Shown here: in pieces, positions 37,901-51,000 of the stretch | Layout of the letters: every line of letters starts with the position of its first letter | How positions within the stretch are numbered: the stretch's first letter is position 1 | NCBI RefSeq assembly: GCF_037042905.1 | Contig: NC_087263.1 | Location: 9,734,001-9,798,000, forward strand | Length of the DNA: 64,000 nucleotides | Reading direction: 5' to 3' | Source of the DNA: Lytechinus pictus | Lineage: Eukaryota | Program-made: the position numbers and the translations under genes | Notes under the pieces: model-generated | The model's database searches: none | What the model saw: only the letters and a program-made list of their open reading frames with translations | Told to the model about the DNA's origin: nothing

Positions 37901-40900
37901 ATGACGGATTTTTCTAGGTTTCCATTTAGCTCTTTAAATAACGATGACTTGTTGTCTCTCTCAGCGCAACATGGCGTTACCCGCACACTAGATAATCATG
38001 ATAACTCCAACTATAATGCACACATACAGAATTTCATGGACAATAATACATCAGATCTTAATTACAACTTGGATGCAAATGATCACTTCGGACAGCTCAC
38101 TACATCACATTATTTCACAGAACAACATTTCAAATCATACATTACATCAGATAACACTGGCGAAAGTTTTTTTTTCTTCTCCATTTTAATTTCAGAAGTG
38201 CCAGTAAAAACTTTGATAAACTTAAACTATTTCTAGATAAAAACCGGTTTCCGAAATCTTCATTTATTGGTTTAACCGAAACATGGTTCTCTGATAATCC
38301 ATGTTCCCTCTTCACACTCCCTGATTTCGATTTGATTGTTAACAATAGAACGCTAAGACCTGGTGGTGTTGTCGCTCTTTACATACCGCAACAATACGAC
38401 CACACTCTTATAGCTAACATGACCATATCAAACGACGTTCTAGAAACCTTATTTGTTGAAGTCACAAACCCCAGAGGCAAAAACTTAGTACTTGGTGTTT
38501 TTTATAGACCCCCTCAATCTAATGTTAATACTTTTTTAGAATCTCTTAATGAAATTTTATCAAATCCTGTTTTGAAAAATAAAGATAGCTTTTTTATGGG
38601 TGACTTTAATATTAACTTAGTAGATTGTAATTCAAATAGCACCTCACATGAGTTTCTTGAAATGTCTCTTTCATATTCTTTTTTACCGCTTATCACTAAA
38701 CCCACAAGAGTGACAGATAACTCGGCCACTTTAATTGATAATATTTTTAGTAATATAACTCAACAAATTCCCAAAGCCGGTATTATCCTAAGTGACATTA
38801 CTGATCACTTTCCAATTTTTGCTAAATTATCTACAAATAAAATTATCATGAAAGAAACATTCAATACTCCATTTCGAAAGATAACCGATGACAACATAAA
38901 CAATCTGATTAATACTTTAAATACAACAGACTGGTCAACTGTTTTTGAATCCACAGATGTTGATGACGCTTATAACTTTTTCATTTCCAAATTAACCTCT
39001 TCTCTAGATACCCACGTTCCTTTTACCACTAACAGAAAATCAAATTATAAAAAGGTTCCACTCCACCCTTTGATTACTAAATCACTTTTGAGATCAATCA
39101 ACCGAAAGAACAACCTTTACTATAAATACATAACTAAACAAAGTAACGAATCTCGCTCTAAATATACTTCATACAAAAACACACTTACTACTTTATTACG
39201 CATTGCAAAAAGAGAATATTATACCTCCCAACTCAATTTGTTAAAAAACGATATGAGGAACACATGGAAAATCATTAATGGAGCATTAAATAAAAACAAA
39301 AAAAGTACTCCTATAACAAAAATAGAAGTAAACAATACAATTACTGACGAAAACATATCAATAGCACAATAATTTAATTCATATTTTTCAAACATTGGCA
39401 ACAATCTGGCAAGCAAAGTTCCTCAAACTCCTAAATCTTTCAACAGTTTTCTTGACAACCCAAATCCAAACTCTATATTTTTTAATCCTACTAACACAAT
39501 AGAAATTATTAATATTGTTAATAATCTACATACCAAGAAGAGCCCAGGTTTCGATGGTATTCCTAACTTCTTACTTAAGAAAATTATTTTAACTATCGTC
39601 GATCCTCTGGTCCACATATTTAATGTTTCTATGAACACAGGAAAGGTACCTAACCTAATAAAAATAGCCAAAGTCATCCCCCTTTACAAAAAAGGTGATA
39701 ATCAACTTGCTTCTAATTACCGTCCTATTTCATTGCTCACTTCGTTATCTAAAATTCTCGAAAAACTTATACATACTCGTACAACTACCTTCTTTAATAA
39801 ATACAATACTTTTTCGAATTCGCAATTTGGTTTCCGCGAAAATCATAGCACCTCGCATGCAATTTTGACTTTTATCAATAAAATTACTTCTTCCATAGAT
39901 AAAGGTTGTCATACTGTTGGTATTTTCCTGGACTTCTCCAAGACCTTCGATACCATTAACCACGAAATACTTCTTCATAAACTTTCTTTTTATGGTATCA
40001 GGGGAAAGGCCTTGGAGTGGTTCAAGAGCTACCTAACAGACAGATCTCAATTTGTGTCAGTCAACAACATTGTTTCTTCTACTCTTCTTATTACATGTGG
40101 TGTACCACATGGTAGTTTACTTGGTCCTCTTACTTTATTACATATATTAATGACATCCAAAAAAGTTCTAATTTACTAACATTTGCATTGTTTGCTGACG
40201 ATTCGAACATTTTCTTTTCTCATGATAACGTAAACCAACTTGTAAGAATTGTAAACTCAGAATTTATACATGTCACTGACTGGATTAAGGCGAACAAACT
40301 ATCACTTAACTTACAAAAGACAAATTTTATGCTTTTTAGTAACAGAATAAATACAATACCTGATAACATAATTTTTGATAATACTGTTCTTGAAAATGTT
40401 TCAGACACCAGATTTTTGGGGGTTACTATTGATAATAAGCTATCATGGAAACCACACATCAATAATATATGCAAAACAATTTCAAGAAACATCGGAATTA
40501 TCAACAAACTCAAATATTTTCTCCCATCTCACACTTTACTTACACTGTATCATACATTAATACTACCATACATTAATTATGGCATTTTGGCATGGGGCTG
40601 TGCGATCCAAGCACAATTACAAAGAATACTGTTGCTGCAGATGAAGGCTCTTAGAATAATTTTTCAAACCCAATTTAGATCACACACAGATATACTATTC
40701 TTCCAAAATAATATTCTTAAAGTGAGCGATTTATATATTTTCCAACTCGCCCAATTTATGTATAAACTAAACAAAGATGATCTCCCAACATTTTTTTCAA
40801 ATATGTTCTGTAAAAACTCCTCTATACACGATTACCCAACGAGACAACGTAACTGTTATCACCTACCCCCTACCCGTACTATATTAGCGAAAAACTCTTT

Positions 40901-41039
40901 TATATTTTTTGGACCTGTGTATTGGAATTCTCTGCCCGACGACTTTAAAGAATCTACAAACCTTAATATTTTTAAACGCAAACTTAAAAAGATGCTCATT
41001 TGTCAATACTCCACACCAACAAGTCAAGCTAACACATAA
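37901..41039 (+). pseudogene. L2/Crack ORF2 (APE + RT) with a few frameshifts and stops
   Basis: ETWFS, FYRPP, MGDFNINL, TDHFP, FLDFSKTFDTINH and FADDSN motifs; ends FKRKLKKML. Confidence 0.92.
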
Positions 41040-43050
41040 CCTAAACTAAAACTACATAATAACTTAAACTTTAACTACCAATAAATTTGTCAAACTTTAC
41101 TTATAAAAAAAACACTACAACATGATACAATACATTACGACCTGTGCACCTGCCATGTTCCTCTGTTCATTTGCACTTTTTATTTGCACCTCCCTTTCTC
41201 CCTCTTTCTTTCCTTTGCCACTTTTCCCTCCCTACTATGATTTCGTAAGTACTTTTTTTTTGTGTTACCACTTTAATTATTACTATTTGAATTACTTTCT
41301 CTTATTGTTTGTTGTCGCTCATTCGTTTTATTTTTTATACTTGTGGATTGCTTGTTTTAAGTTTGTCTTCTGTGTCCGTCTCGATTTATGTATAGAGTTG
41401 TATATATAGTTTGTTTATAATTAGTATTGAAACTAAGTTTAGGGGCTTGCCTTCTCTACAAGCTTTTGCTTTTCTTGGCAAGTCCCTCCGTTCATTTCTT
41501 GTTTGTCTTCATTGATAAAATTACTGTAACAAATTGTAGTTTTAATTTAAATTCGTTACGAAATTTCATTGATTTGTCTGTATTACCGATTATATTGTAT
41601 ATGTATTGTTATTTTGTTTATATTTTGAAAAAAATTTGAACGGAAGTAAATAAATCTAAATCTAAATCAGCAAACATATGTGCAAGTTTTAGGTCACATG
41701 ACCAAGGTCAAAATTTCTTAAGGGTCAACAAACTTTGGCCATGTTGGAGGTTTTTGCTGAATTGCCATAACTTTGAAACTTGATAGATGTAGTTCATGAA
41801 ACTTAGACATAAGAGTAATATCATTGAACATCCTGTGTGAGATTTAGTTAATATATGAGACCAATCAAGTATCAGCAAACATCTGTGCAAGTTTTAGGTC
41901 ACATAACCAAGGTCATATAGGTCATTAAGGGTCAATGAGCGTAATATTTTATCATAATATGAATTGTGTTAAAAAAATAACTATTCAATATTTGTTTTTT
42001 CAAAGTCAGCACTGCTGCTATATTGAATGGCGTAAGGCAGGCAAAACTGCCAGAGACACTCTACTTCTTTTTACTCTTTGAATAAAACTGACTCATCCGC
42101 CCTTAATTATTTGTTTAATTACTTCATATAACAATTATACACGTTTTATTTTGTTGTCATCTAGTTAATGTTGTTTGGGTCGCTATAAACACACCGTACA
42201 AACAAAATACAATGAGATCTCAGTGTCGATTCTAATTGGTAAATTATTTTGGAATTTAAGTAATTGATGATTTATTTAAACGTTCTCACTCTGCTAGAAT
42301 TTGATTTATTTTTGAGTTTTAGTTCCTGTGTCAGGTCCGTATATACGGCGGTGATATCCGGGGTTAGCTGCAAGAATTGAAAATGATTAAAGAAAACAAA
42401 ACAGTCCCATTATTATTCACACACGCCATCGCCCTGTCATGGCACCCAAATAATTCATTAAAATAAACTAATTTTCACAATATCAAAGTAATGAGCATTT
42501 CTCGTTTCACTCACTCGTAAATTATATGTACCACCAAGGCACCGAACATCTCTTTACTCCATTTTATAAAATTACTTACATAATGCTAATGCTAAAGATA
42601 AATAAATACCATTATCACTTATGTGTTTACGTCTTGCTTTTTTTATGTTTCGGCTTTATTATTGTGCTTGTTCGTATAATCTAGGATCCCGTAGTTGTCA
42701 GTATTTATATTTGACTTCATATTTTACCAACCCGAGTCTATACGACCTTTTTGAAATAATTTTAATGTACTTTTCAACATCATGATTTCCGAAGATTTAC
42801 AAAATGTGTATAGATAGATATTAACTCCTAAACAGAAGAAGAATTAGAAAGTATTGGAAACTTGTATATTTTTAGGGGTGGAGGCCAGCTGTTTTAGACG
42901 CTCACTATGTTTCAAGAATAGTTCTGCGCTATACTAGTCAGTATATTGTTTAAGAATAAGACGCAGTATTCAAACCTCTGCCCCTCAATAATATTTCTAA
43001 CCTCTTTACGTTTATTTTATGGATACGTTCCTAAACATGTAAGCCCTTAT

Positions 43051-43255
43051 GGGCATTTTCACGGTAACTGACGTTACATGACACAATTTTATACACTTTT
43101 CATTGTGTGTAATATATGATTATTTCTAAAACAACAAATGATGGGAGTTTGCTTTTAAGCAAATTCCCATTATTTGTTGTTTTAGAGATAATCATACACA
43201 CAATGAAAAGTGTGTAAAATTATGCCATGTAACGTCAGTTACCGTGAAAATGCCC
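43051..43255. mobile_element. 205-bp palindromic MITE (Harbinger-like)
   Basis: GGGCATTTTCACGGTAACTGACGTTACATG...CATGTAACGTCAGTTACCGTGAAAATGCCC, paired almost to the centre; TA-rich flanks. Confidence 0.85.
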
Positions 43256-44799
43256 TTATACTCAATCGCTTTGCTTGCACAAACATACTCAGATCTACCT
43301 TTTTTCATAATGTTATTAACCCCGAATCAAATAAAATATTAGCCACCGACGATTTTGCCTCGTCGGATCGCGCTCGACTCATGGGACACTGATGTAGATG
43401 GTTTCAAAGATTTACAACAATATGGCCATGCTGATAACCTTGCCATTATTGTAGCTAGCATGGAATTGATTATCATTGGCTGTTGATCATGTAACTTCGT
43501 ACGTGACGGGCCCCCGAGAGTTGAACAACACGAATCTCATGTTGCGATGGCTTTCATGGGTGACATAAAAATCCCTTTTTGACGAGTATCTGATGAACAA
43601 GAAAGTTTTTTAGAAAATGTGTACTGGAAACAAATTTTGTTGTGTAGTGCAGGCGTTTTTTTTATTTATTTTTTTTAACTCTAACGAGAAGAAGAAATAA
43701 TAACAGATTGGGAATAAAATGATACTGTTGGGTCATTTCCATAGTCTCTTATTTTCCGCTTATAGAATGGTCCAATGTATTTCTTTTCAGTTCTCATGTT
43801 AATAATTATAATCTGACTTCATTTAAGAATTTATTTGTCTTTTTTCCAATCTAGTACAGGAAGGTATAGAAAAAGAAAGAGATAGAGTGTGTGTGTGTGA
43901 GAGAGAAGGGGGGGGGGGTGGGGGGTCTTGAATGAGATTAAGGATTGAGAAGCGAGAAATAGCAGTGTATTAATAATTCTAAATCAAATTTCTTTATTCT
44001 AAAACTGAATGTAATGATGAGTGTCCCAGCTTACCAGGCATTGGCATGAAATTTAAGTACATAGAAGTATCGTCATTTGACATTTTAAAAATCAGGATTT
44101 TAAAGTAAAGATAACTGGAGACACTGACGAAACTGCACGTACAAGAATAATTCATGTTACATCGTCATCGCTGGGAAGTATTTGGAGCGTGACTATTGAA
44201 CATGTTGAATGAGAAACCTTTGAAATGTACAAATAGGAAAAATGCGTCCCATTGCCTGAACAGAAAAAAGTGAAAAACCCATTTTTTTTCAATAACAATT
44301 GTGTGATCTTAGAAAAAAACGGTACTTAATGAGTACAAAATAATAACATTTGACTTTGCAGGGGTTGTGTGTCTTTCCACCTTTAGACTTGTGTCCATAA
44401 AGATAAGCAGTTAATAAAGAAATGAATAACAAAAGATTAGTTTTAAAATTAATTAATTGGTTTGCTTAATTATGGCAAATTATAAATTATTAGACAACTC
44501 TTTCATTCCGTAAATTGCAGTTTGACATAGTTTTCTCCAGCTTTGCTGTTAATAATAATTCCAAATGTATTATTTCACTTTAAGAATTCTAGCCTGGGTC
44601 CCTCACCAAACCCACTGATAAGAGTAAAAATGATTAGGTTTTCAATTAAAGTGTTTGATATTAGAGTTAAAACCCAATTCACTGCAACAGCCTATTAACC
44701 CAGTTATGTATTCAAAGTTTTGTCCTAACTGTTAAGTTTTATTAATCGTTATTTTAACTCCTAATACTCATTGGACGCATCCAAGAATGAATCAACAAT

Positions 44800-45420
44800 G
44801 CTACTCCGGGCTTTGCGTTCCTACATGAGGGTTGGTAGATCATGTAGCAAGTTTTTTGTTCCCCTACATGTGCAATAAAATAATAAAGGTATACGTCCTG
44901 TGATTTTTTTGAGGGAGGCTCGACAAAAGTACATTCTTACTACGGAAACAGCGACCATGCAGCAAATCTTATTTTACGTTTAATTACAGAGGTGGAGATG
45001 GGTGGAAGATCTCCATAAATTTGAGCTTTTGTTTTGTGATATATCCTAGTAATATTTTGTACCCTCATTAAAATTCGTGTATATGGGCCATCTAATCTAT
45101 CTTTCCTAGACTTCTTGACAGTCCATGTTTCTATATCATACAAAAGGATACTTTCTACTCATGCCCTAAACAGGGAGAATTTTGTTGATAGAGAAATATT
45201 TGATTTTAAAATCAAGTGCAGTTTTTTAAAGTATTCCATGCAAGAGCTTTTCTTAAAAGTCTTGAGTAGCATATGTATGACCCTAAATATTTAAAATCAA
45301 CTTCTTTAAGCTCGGTCCCTTTTCTTGTATAGATGCATGGTCATGTTCTTCATTGAATGTCATATACTCGGTCTCTTGGAAGTTTAAGTACATACCAAAT
45401 TTGTTGTTTTAAAATTGGCC
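44800..45420 (-). mobile_element. Degraded RTE-clade LINE fragment (C-terminal RT region)
   Basis: ETWTV...RLDGPYTRILMRVQNI...IYGDLPPIS...IRFA resembles the RTE ORF C-terminus. Confidence 0.65.
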
Positions 45421-45965
45421 CTTTTTTATTAAAATTCTTTACATCTATCTTGTAAAGCGATGTGGCAGAACCTGGCTATTATGTATAGAGATAAAATGCT
45501 TATAAAAGGCGTTCTTAAACAGTTGGAATGAAATTTCTTCACGGTCGCTACGTTTCCTAGCATTACATCTGAAATTATTTTATAATCGGGTTGAGGTTAG
45601 AAACATTCTTACCCATCTGCCTAGTGAATAGTTTCCAATCCCCATGCTGTCATTTTCCTTCTTCGTATGTGGCCAACGTCACATATTTTTCAAACCACCC
45701 GAAACCCCAAACCTTCTCGAAACATTGCATAAACATTTGCATCTGATTTGAATGATATTTCAACAATTCAGCTTACATGATTCTATCACTACTGATTTGA
45801 ACAATTTCTAGCCCTTTAAAATTATCAGGGGGTAATTCAATTCAAATACCACAATTCAAATTATGATTAATGTAGTGATGATTACAAGTATTGTTTTCTT
45901 ACTCTTTTCCTTACAGATGAAAAGGAAACAATGGGGAATTTATAAAAACCCATTAGAACACAACT

Positions 45966-48068
45966 ATGCAACCAATATTAGGAGTTGGGAATACTGGGCA
46001 AAGTGGCAGGAACGCGTACACCCCTAATGGAGGAGATACTCTTTCGTGTAACCTCCCTACATCACAACGACCTGATGCAGATGTAGACGACATGATGTCG
46101 ACACTGTCTCAGGGCAGCGATAACGCTCCAATATCTCCAAAGGCCAACGATGGGAACACCATCTCTAAGGAAGAATGCATCATTGAGAATCAGGTTGCCC
46201 TTCCAAGCGTTACTTTGCAGCATAGCGATGACTCAAAACGCGGGTCTACAGAACAGAGCGAATCTCTTCTTTCGGTCTCACCAGAACGATCGCTCAACCC
46301 TGACATAGACCAGGCAGATGAGGAAGGATGCAATTCGCTCTACAAAGCGGCTTCGAGAGGTCACATCGATGGGGTTGAAATCCTCGTTGAAAAAGGAGCA
46401 GACCCAAATAAAGCAAATAAAGACGGACGCAGGGCTCTCCATGTAGCTGCTGAAGAAGGACATGGAGCTATCGTAAATTTCCTCTTGGATCAGGGAGCAG
46501 ACATAAATGCCCAATGTGATCTGGGTCAGACGGCTCTCCATGCTGCAATACACAAAAATCAATGCTACTCTTCATTAATTCTTATTAGGAGCGGAGCAGA
46601 TGTTCACAGACGAGATAATGATGGAAGAAACCCTTTACACATGGCAGCAGCAGCTGGGTACACCCACATCTTTCAAAACCTCAGAGATGAAACATGTGAC
46701 ATAAATGTGAAAGATGACATGGGTCTAACAGTTCTTCATCATGCAGTGATAAATGGACATTCCAATGTTGTCCATCATCTTCTCAAGACAGGGGTTAAGG
46801 AGAGACCTTATGAAGGAGATAGTCTAAGCTTTGCGTTAACATCGTTTGGCAAGTTAGATTTGCTCCAACTTTTTATTTCCAGAGGCGGTAGTGTGAACAA
46901 GGAAAACAGCATCGGACAGAATCATCTCCACGTAGCAGCTTTGAATGGATACTTTGACATTACTAGATGTCTCGTTCAAGAAGGATGTGACATGAATAAG
47001 GAGGATTGTAAAAATTTCACACCAGTCCACGGGGCAGTGTTAAACGGACATTTGGATGTACTTCATTATCTCATAACACAGGGAGCCAAGATCACCATGT
47101 ATGATGGAAAGAGTGTTCTGCACTTGGCAGCTATCTATGGTCACCTCGACATACTCCAATACTTCATGAAGATGGGAGCTGATGCCAATGAGCTCGACGA
47201 CATTGGACAAACTCCTCTTCATGTGGCAGCAGGTGTGGGTCACTTTGACGTCGTGAAATATCTCACTAAACAAGGATCAAAGACTGACAAACAAGATCAC
47301 CTTGGTTACACTCCTCTCCACATTGCAGCCGCAAAAGGTCAACCTGAAATCGTCAAATATCTTGCAGATCAAAACTGCTACGTGGAACATTTCGATATCG
47401 AAGGTTTGACACCTTTAACTCTAGCAGCTAAACATGACCATTTAGATACTGTCAAGTGTCGTGCGGATGGAAAAGCTGATGAAGCGAACTCACTCTGTGA
47501 AGCAACATTATCTGGTCATTTGGATATTGTCAAGTTTTTAATGGAGGAAGTCGGTCGTCTAAAAAACAGAGTCGAGTCGCTAGAAGCTGCAGCTGATGAG
47601 GCGGAGCAGTATTCACGCCGCAATTGCCTGATTTTCAGTGGTATTGCTGAATCTGCAAACGAAGATACTGATGCCAAGATCATAGAGGTGTGCCAGAGGA
47701 ATCTGGGTGTTACAGTGAAACAAGAGGACATCGATCGTTCCCACCGCCTCTCCAGCCATGCTGCGCTTGAGAACAAGCTGAAGGATCCACGTAAGCCCCG
47801 GAATATCATCATCAAATTTTCCAACTACAGGGCAAGAGAGGCTGTATACGCATCTAGGGCTAAGCTGAAAGGCCTTTCAATTTACATCAATGAAAATCTA
47901 ACACGGAAGCGATCTCAGCTGTTCTGGCAAGTGAAGAAGGGAAACCTCCCGCAAGTCCACAAAGTCTGGACTCAAGACAGAAGAGTAATAGCGATGAATA
48001 AGAGTGGGAAAAGAGTTGCTATTTCAAGTGTAAAGGACCTCGGAAAACTTGATCAATTGAAGGAATGA
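45966..48068 (+). CDS. 700-aa ORF: disordered N-terminus, ~12 ankyrin repeats, fused in frame to LINE ORF1p (coiled coil-RRM-CTD)
   Basis: Repeated TPLHxAAxxGHxxxVxxL motifs to ~47540, then EQYSRRNCLIFSGIAES...DIDRSHRL...PRNIIIKF...IYINENLT. Splice acceptor ttttccttacag ends at 45916. Confidence 0.85.
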   Translation: MQPILGVGNTGQSGRNAYTPNGGDTLSCNLPTSQRPDADVDDMMSTLSQGSDNAPISPKANDGNTISKEECIIENQVALPSVTLQHSDDSKRGSTEQSESLLSVSPERSLNPDIDQADEEGCNSLYKAASRGHIDGVEILVEKGADPNKANKDGRRALHVAAEEGHGAIVNFLLDQGADINAQCDLGQTALHAAIHKNQCYSSLILIRSGADVHRRDNDGRNPLHMAAAAGYTHIFQNLRDETCDINVKDDMGLTVLHHAVINGHSNVVHHLLKTGVKERPYEGDSLSFALTSFGKLDLLQLFISRGGSVNKENSIGQNHLHVAALNGYFDITRCLVQEGCDMNKEDCKNFTPVHGAVLNGHLDVLHYLITQGAKITMYDGKSVLHLAAIYGHLDILQYFMKMGADANELDDIGQTPLHVAAGVGHFDVVKYLTKQGSKTDKQDHLGYTPLHIAAAKGQPEIVKYLADQNCYVEHFDIEGLTPLTLAAKHDHLDTVKCRADGKADEANSLCEATLSGHLDIVKFLMEEVGRLKNRVESLEAAADEAEQYSRRNCLIFSGIAESANEDTDAKIIEVCQRNLGVTVKQEDIDRSHRLSSHAALENKLKDPRKPRNIIIKFSNYRAREAVYASRAKLKGLSIYINENLTRKRSQLFWQVKKGNLPQVHKVWTQDRRVIAMNKSGKRVAISSVKDLGKLDQLKE

Positions 48069-51000
48069 GACAACAATATCAATCAAATTCACTGAACTGT
48101 AATACTTGGTCTGCTTGAGCACACAGGCGTTCCTGTTTACTATTTGCTTTTAAATTGCACTATTAAATATACGATTTGTTTTTAATAACGTTAATCACTA
48201 GAACTTGGTTCTTATTTTATTGAATATTTGTATAAAATTACATTCATTACTTACACGTAATACTTTTCACTTGTTTTAACCTATTTTCAACATAAGATTT
48301 AATGATTAAATACCCATGTTCAATTTGTAATAAATCTGTTAAAATAAATCAAAAGGCTTTGTTATGCACTGTATGTTCACAGTGGGTGCATATAGTTTGT
48401 GGCGGGGTCTCAAGAGAGACCTATGATTCAGATGAACTGTTTGAAAATTGGCAGTGCCCGAAATGTATTCTCCAAAGTGTATTACCTTTTTGGAATGATC
48501 CTGATCTATCTACTGAAGGCATGTATAACTAATAATATTTCTGTCGACGCACATGATGATAGGTCAACCGAAACTAATGATTTTGCTCTAAAAGATATTA
48601 AAGGTATAAAATTAGCTCATCTTAATGTCAGAAGCATTGTTAATAAAGTTGCTGATTTACAATGTTGGCTGAATAATAACCCTTATGATCTACTAGGAGT
48701 GTCAGAAACATGGTTAACAAAAGAACATTCTGATAGCTTGATTTCTGTTAAAGGTTATAAGTTTGAGAGGAAGGATAGATGTACTCATGGAGGTGGAGTG
48801 AGATGTTTTATATCAGAAAATCTATCGTATATAAGGAGATTGGATCTTGAATATGTTGCCTTAGAAAAAAATTTGGTTGGAGTTGCAACGTAGCAATAGT
48901 AGCTCATTATTAATTGGTATATTGTATAGAAAACCGGATAATCATTTAGATTTTTTTTACAGTCTTGAAAGTAATCTTGAGAAATTGTATAGAGTTACAA
49001 ACAACGTCATCCTTCTTGGTGATTTTAACTGTAATATGCAAACCGTAAATAATCTTTCTAGAAAAGTTTCCAGTCTCCTTACTACAGTGCAAATGACACA
49101 GGTTATATCTGCACCCACTAGAATTTCACCACATAGCCAGTCAGTAATCGATTTGGTATGTATTTCTGATGCGCTTGTTGACAATATTATTAAGTCAGGA
49201 GTGCAGTAAGCTGGACTTAGTGATCACTCTGTGATTTTTACTGCAATTAAAGGGAAACATCAATCCCTTTCTCCGAAAATAACTAAATGTCGTTCATTCA
49301 AGTACTTTGACAGTGAGAAATTTAAAGATGATGTAAGGAAAGTTGATTGGCATGAGTTTTATTCCTGTGGGACTGACGTTGAAAAATTGTGGCACTACTT
49401 TAAAGGACAAGTCCACCCCATCAAAAACTTGATTTGAATAAAAAGAGAAAAACTCAACAAGCAAAATACTGAAAATTTTATCAAAATCGGGTGTAAAATA
49501 AGAAAGTTATGGCATTTTAAAGTTTCGCTTCATTTCACAAAACAGTGATATGCACATCTCGGTCGGTATGCAAATGAGGAACTGATGACATCACTCACTC
49601 ACTATTTCTTTTGTATTTTATTATATGAAATATGAAATATTTTTATTTTCTCGTCATTGTCATGTGAAATGAAGTTTCATTCCTCCCTGAACATGTGGAA
49701 TTCCATTATTTCAACATTTTGTGCTTCAGGCAAGGAGGTCCTAATTGTCAAATTCGTAAAAATTGAAATATTGTATAATTCAAACAATAAAAAACAAAAG
49801 AAATAGTGAGTGAGTGACATCATCGACTCTCTCATTTGGATGTAACTGGCTCATTCATATAACTATTTTGTTAAAAATAAGCGAAACTTTGAAATGTCAT
49901 AACTTCCTTATTTTACATCCGATTTAGATGAAATTTTCAGCATTGTGCTTGTCTGATTTTTCTCGATTGATTCAAATCAACATTTTTCTGAGGTGGACTT
50001 GACCTTTAAAAACACACTCCTGGACATTTGTGACAGGCATGCCCCCGTGATATCAGTGCGGCAAAAACAAAGAGGGGTACCTTGGATAAATGATGATTTT
50101 TTGGTGTTACCACGCGAAAGGGATTATTATCGAAAGCAATTTAGAAAAACAAGATTAATTTATTGGTGGAATAAATTTCAGTTTTCCCGTAACAGAGCTA
50201 ATAACTTGATTAAAAATTTGAAAAAGAAGTATTATCAGGACAAATTTAAGGACTGCGAAAATGACATAAAAAAGAACTGGAACATTTTATCGAAGTTTAT
50301 ACCTAAGAAAAATAAAACCACGAGTCATGATGTTAAATTAACAATTGATAATGATCAAATACCTAACAATGAAATAGCTCACGTTCTAAACAAAGCCTTT
50401 AATGAAGTCGGAGAGCAATACATGATAAATTGTATAAGTACTTAAATGTAAATGATCTACTTGCAAATTGTCAGTCTGGCTTCAGACCGTCTTATTCTAC
50501 TGCCACTTGTCTAACTGAGATTACAGATTTTTTGTATTATAAATTGGACTGAAAACATGTTACTGGTTGTATTTTTTTGGACTTACGCAAAGCTTTTGAT
50601 GTTATTCCTCACAATTTTATACTTGCAAAACTTAAGTACTATGGTATTACTGGCAATGAATACAACTGCATGGAATCGTATTTAACAGACAGAAGGCAAT
50701 TTGTAATGATTAACAGTTGTCGCAGTGAATTTTTGAAGATAAAATCAGGTGTCCCACAAGGATCTATACTGGGTCCACTGATATTTTGTATTTTTATTAA
50801 TGACATGTGTAATTTGAAATTGCATGTACATTATAAAATGTCTCTTTACGCTGATGATACCGCCATTTTTTAATCACGGTGAATCAATTAAGGAGGTACA
50901 AAAGTATCTGCAAGATGATTTTGATTCAATAAGTAAATGGCTAGACTTAAATAATATGCATTTACACCCGCAAAAAACAAAAGCCATGGTATTTGGTCAA

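Larger units (their letters stand above)
29606..41665 (+). mobile_element. Full-length L2/Crack-type LINE (~8.6 kb without the nested foldback)
   Basis: ATCAG duplicated at 29601-29605 and 41666-41670; the uninterrupted host unit is at ~41860-41885. ORF1, 3.7-kb spacer, ORF2, 3' UTR hairpin and (TAAATC)n tail. Confidence 0.8.
28981..42067 (+). mobile_element. Helentron-associated (HINE/DINE-1-like) element with internal tandem repeats, split by a 12-kb LINE insertion
   Basis: T-rich start with subterminal GTCTCGCCTGC (28991) and inverse GCAGGCAAAAC near the 3' end (~42037). CACATGACCAAGGTCAA units recur at 29100-29600 and 41670-41940. Confidence 0.7.
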
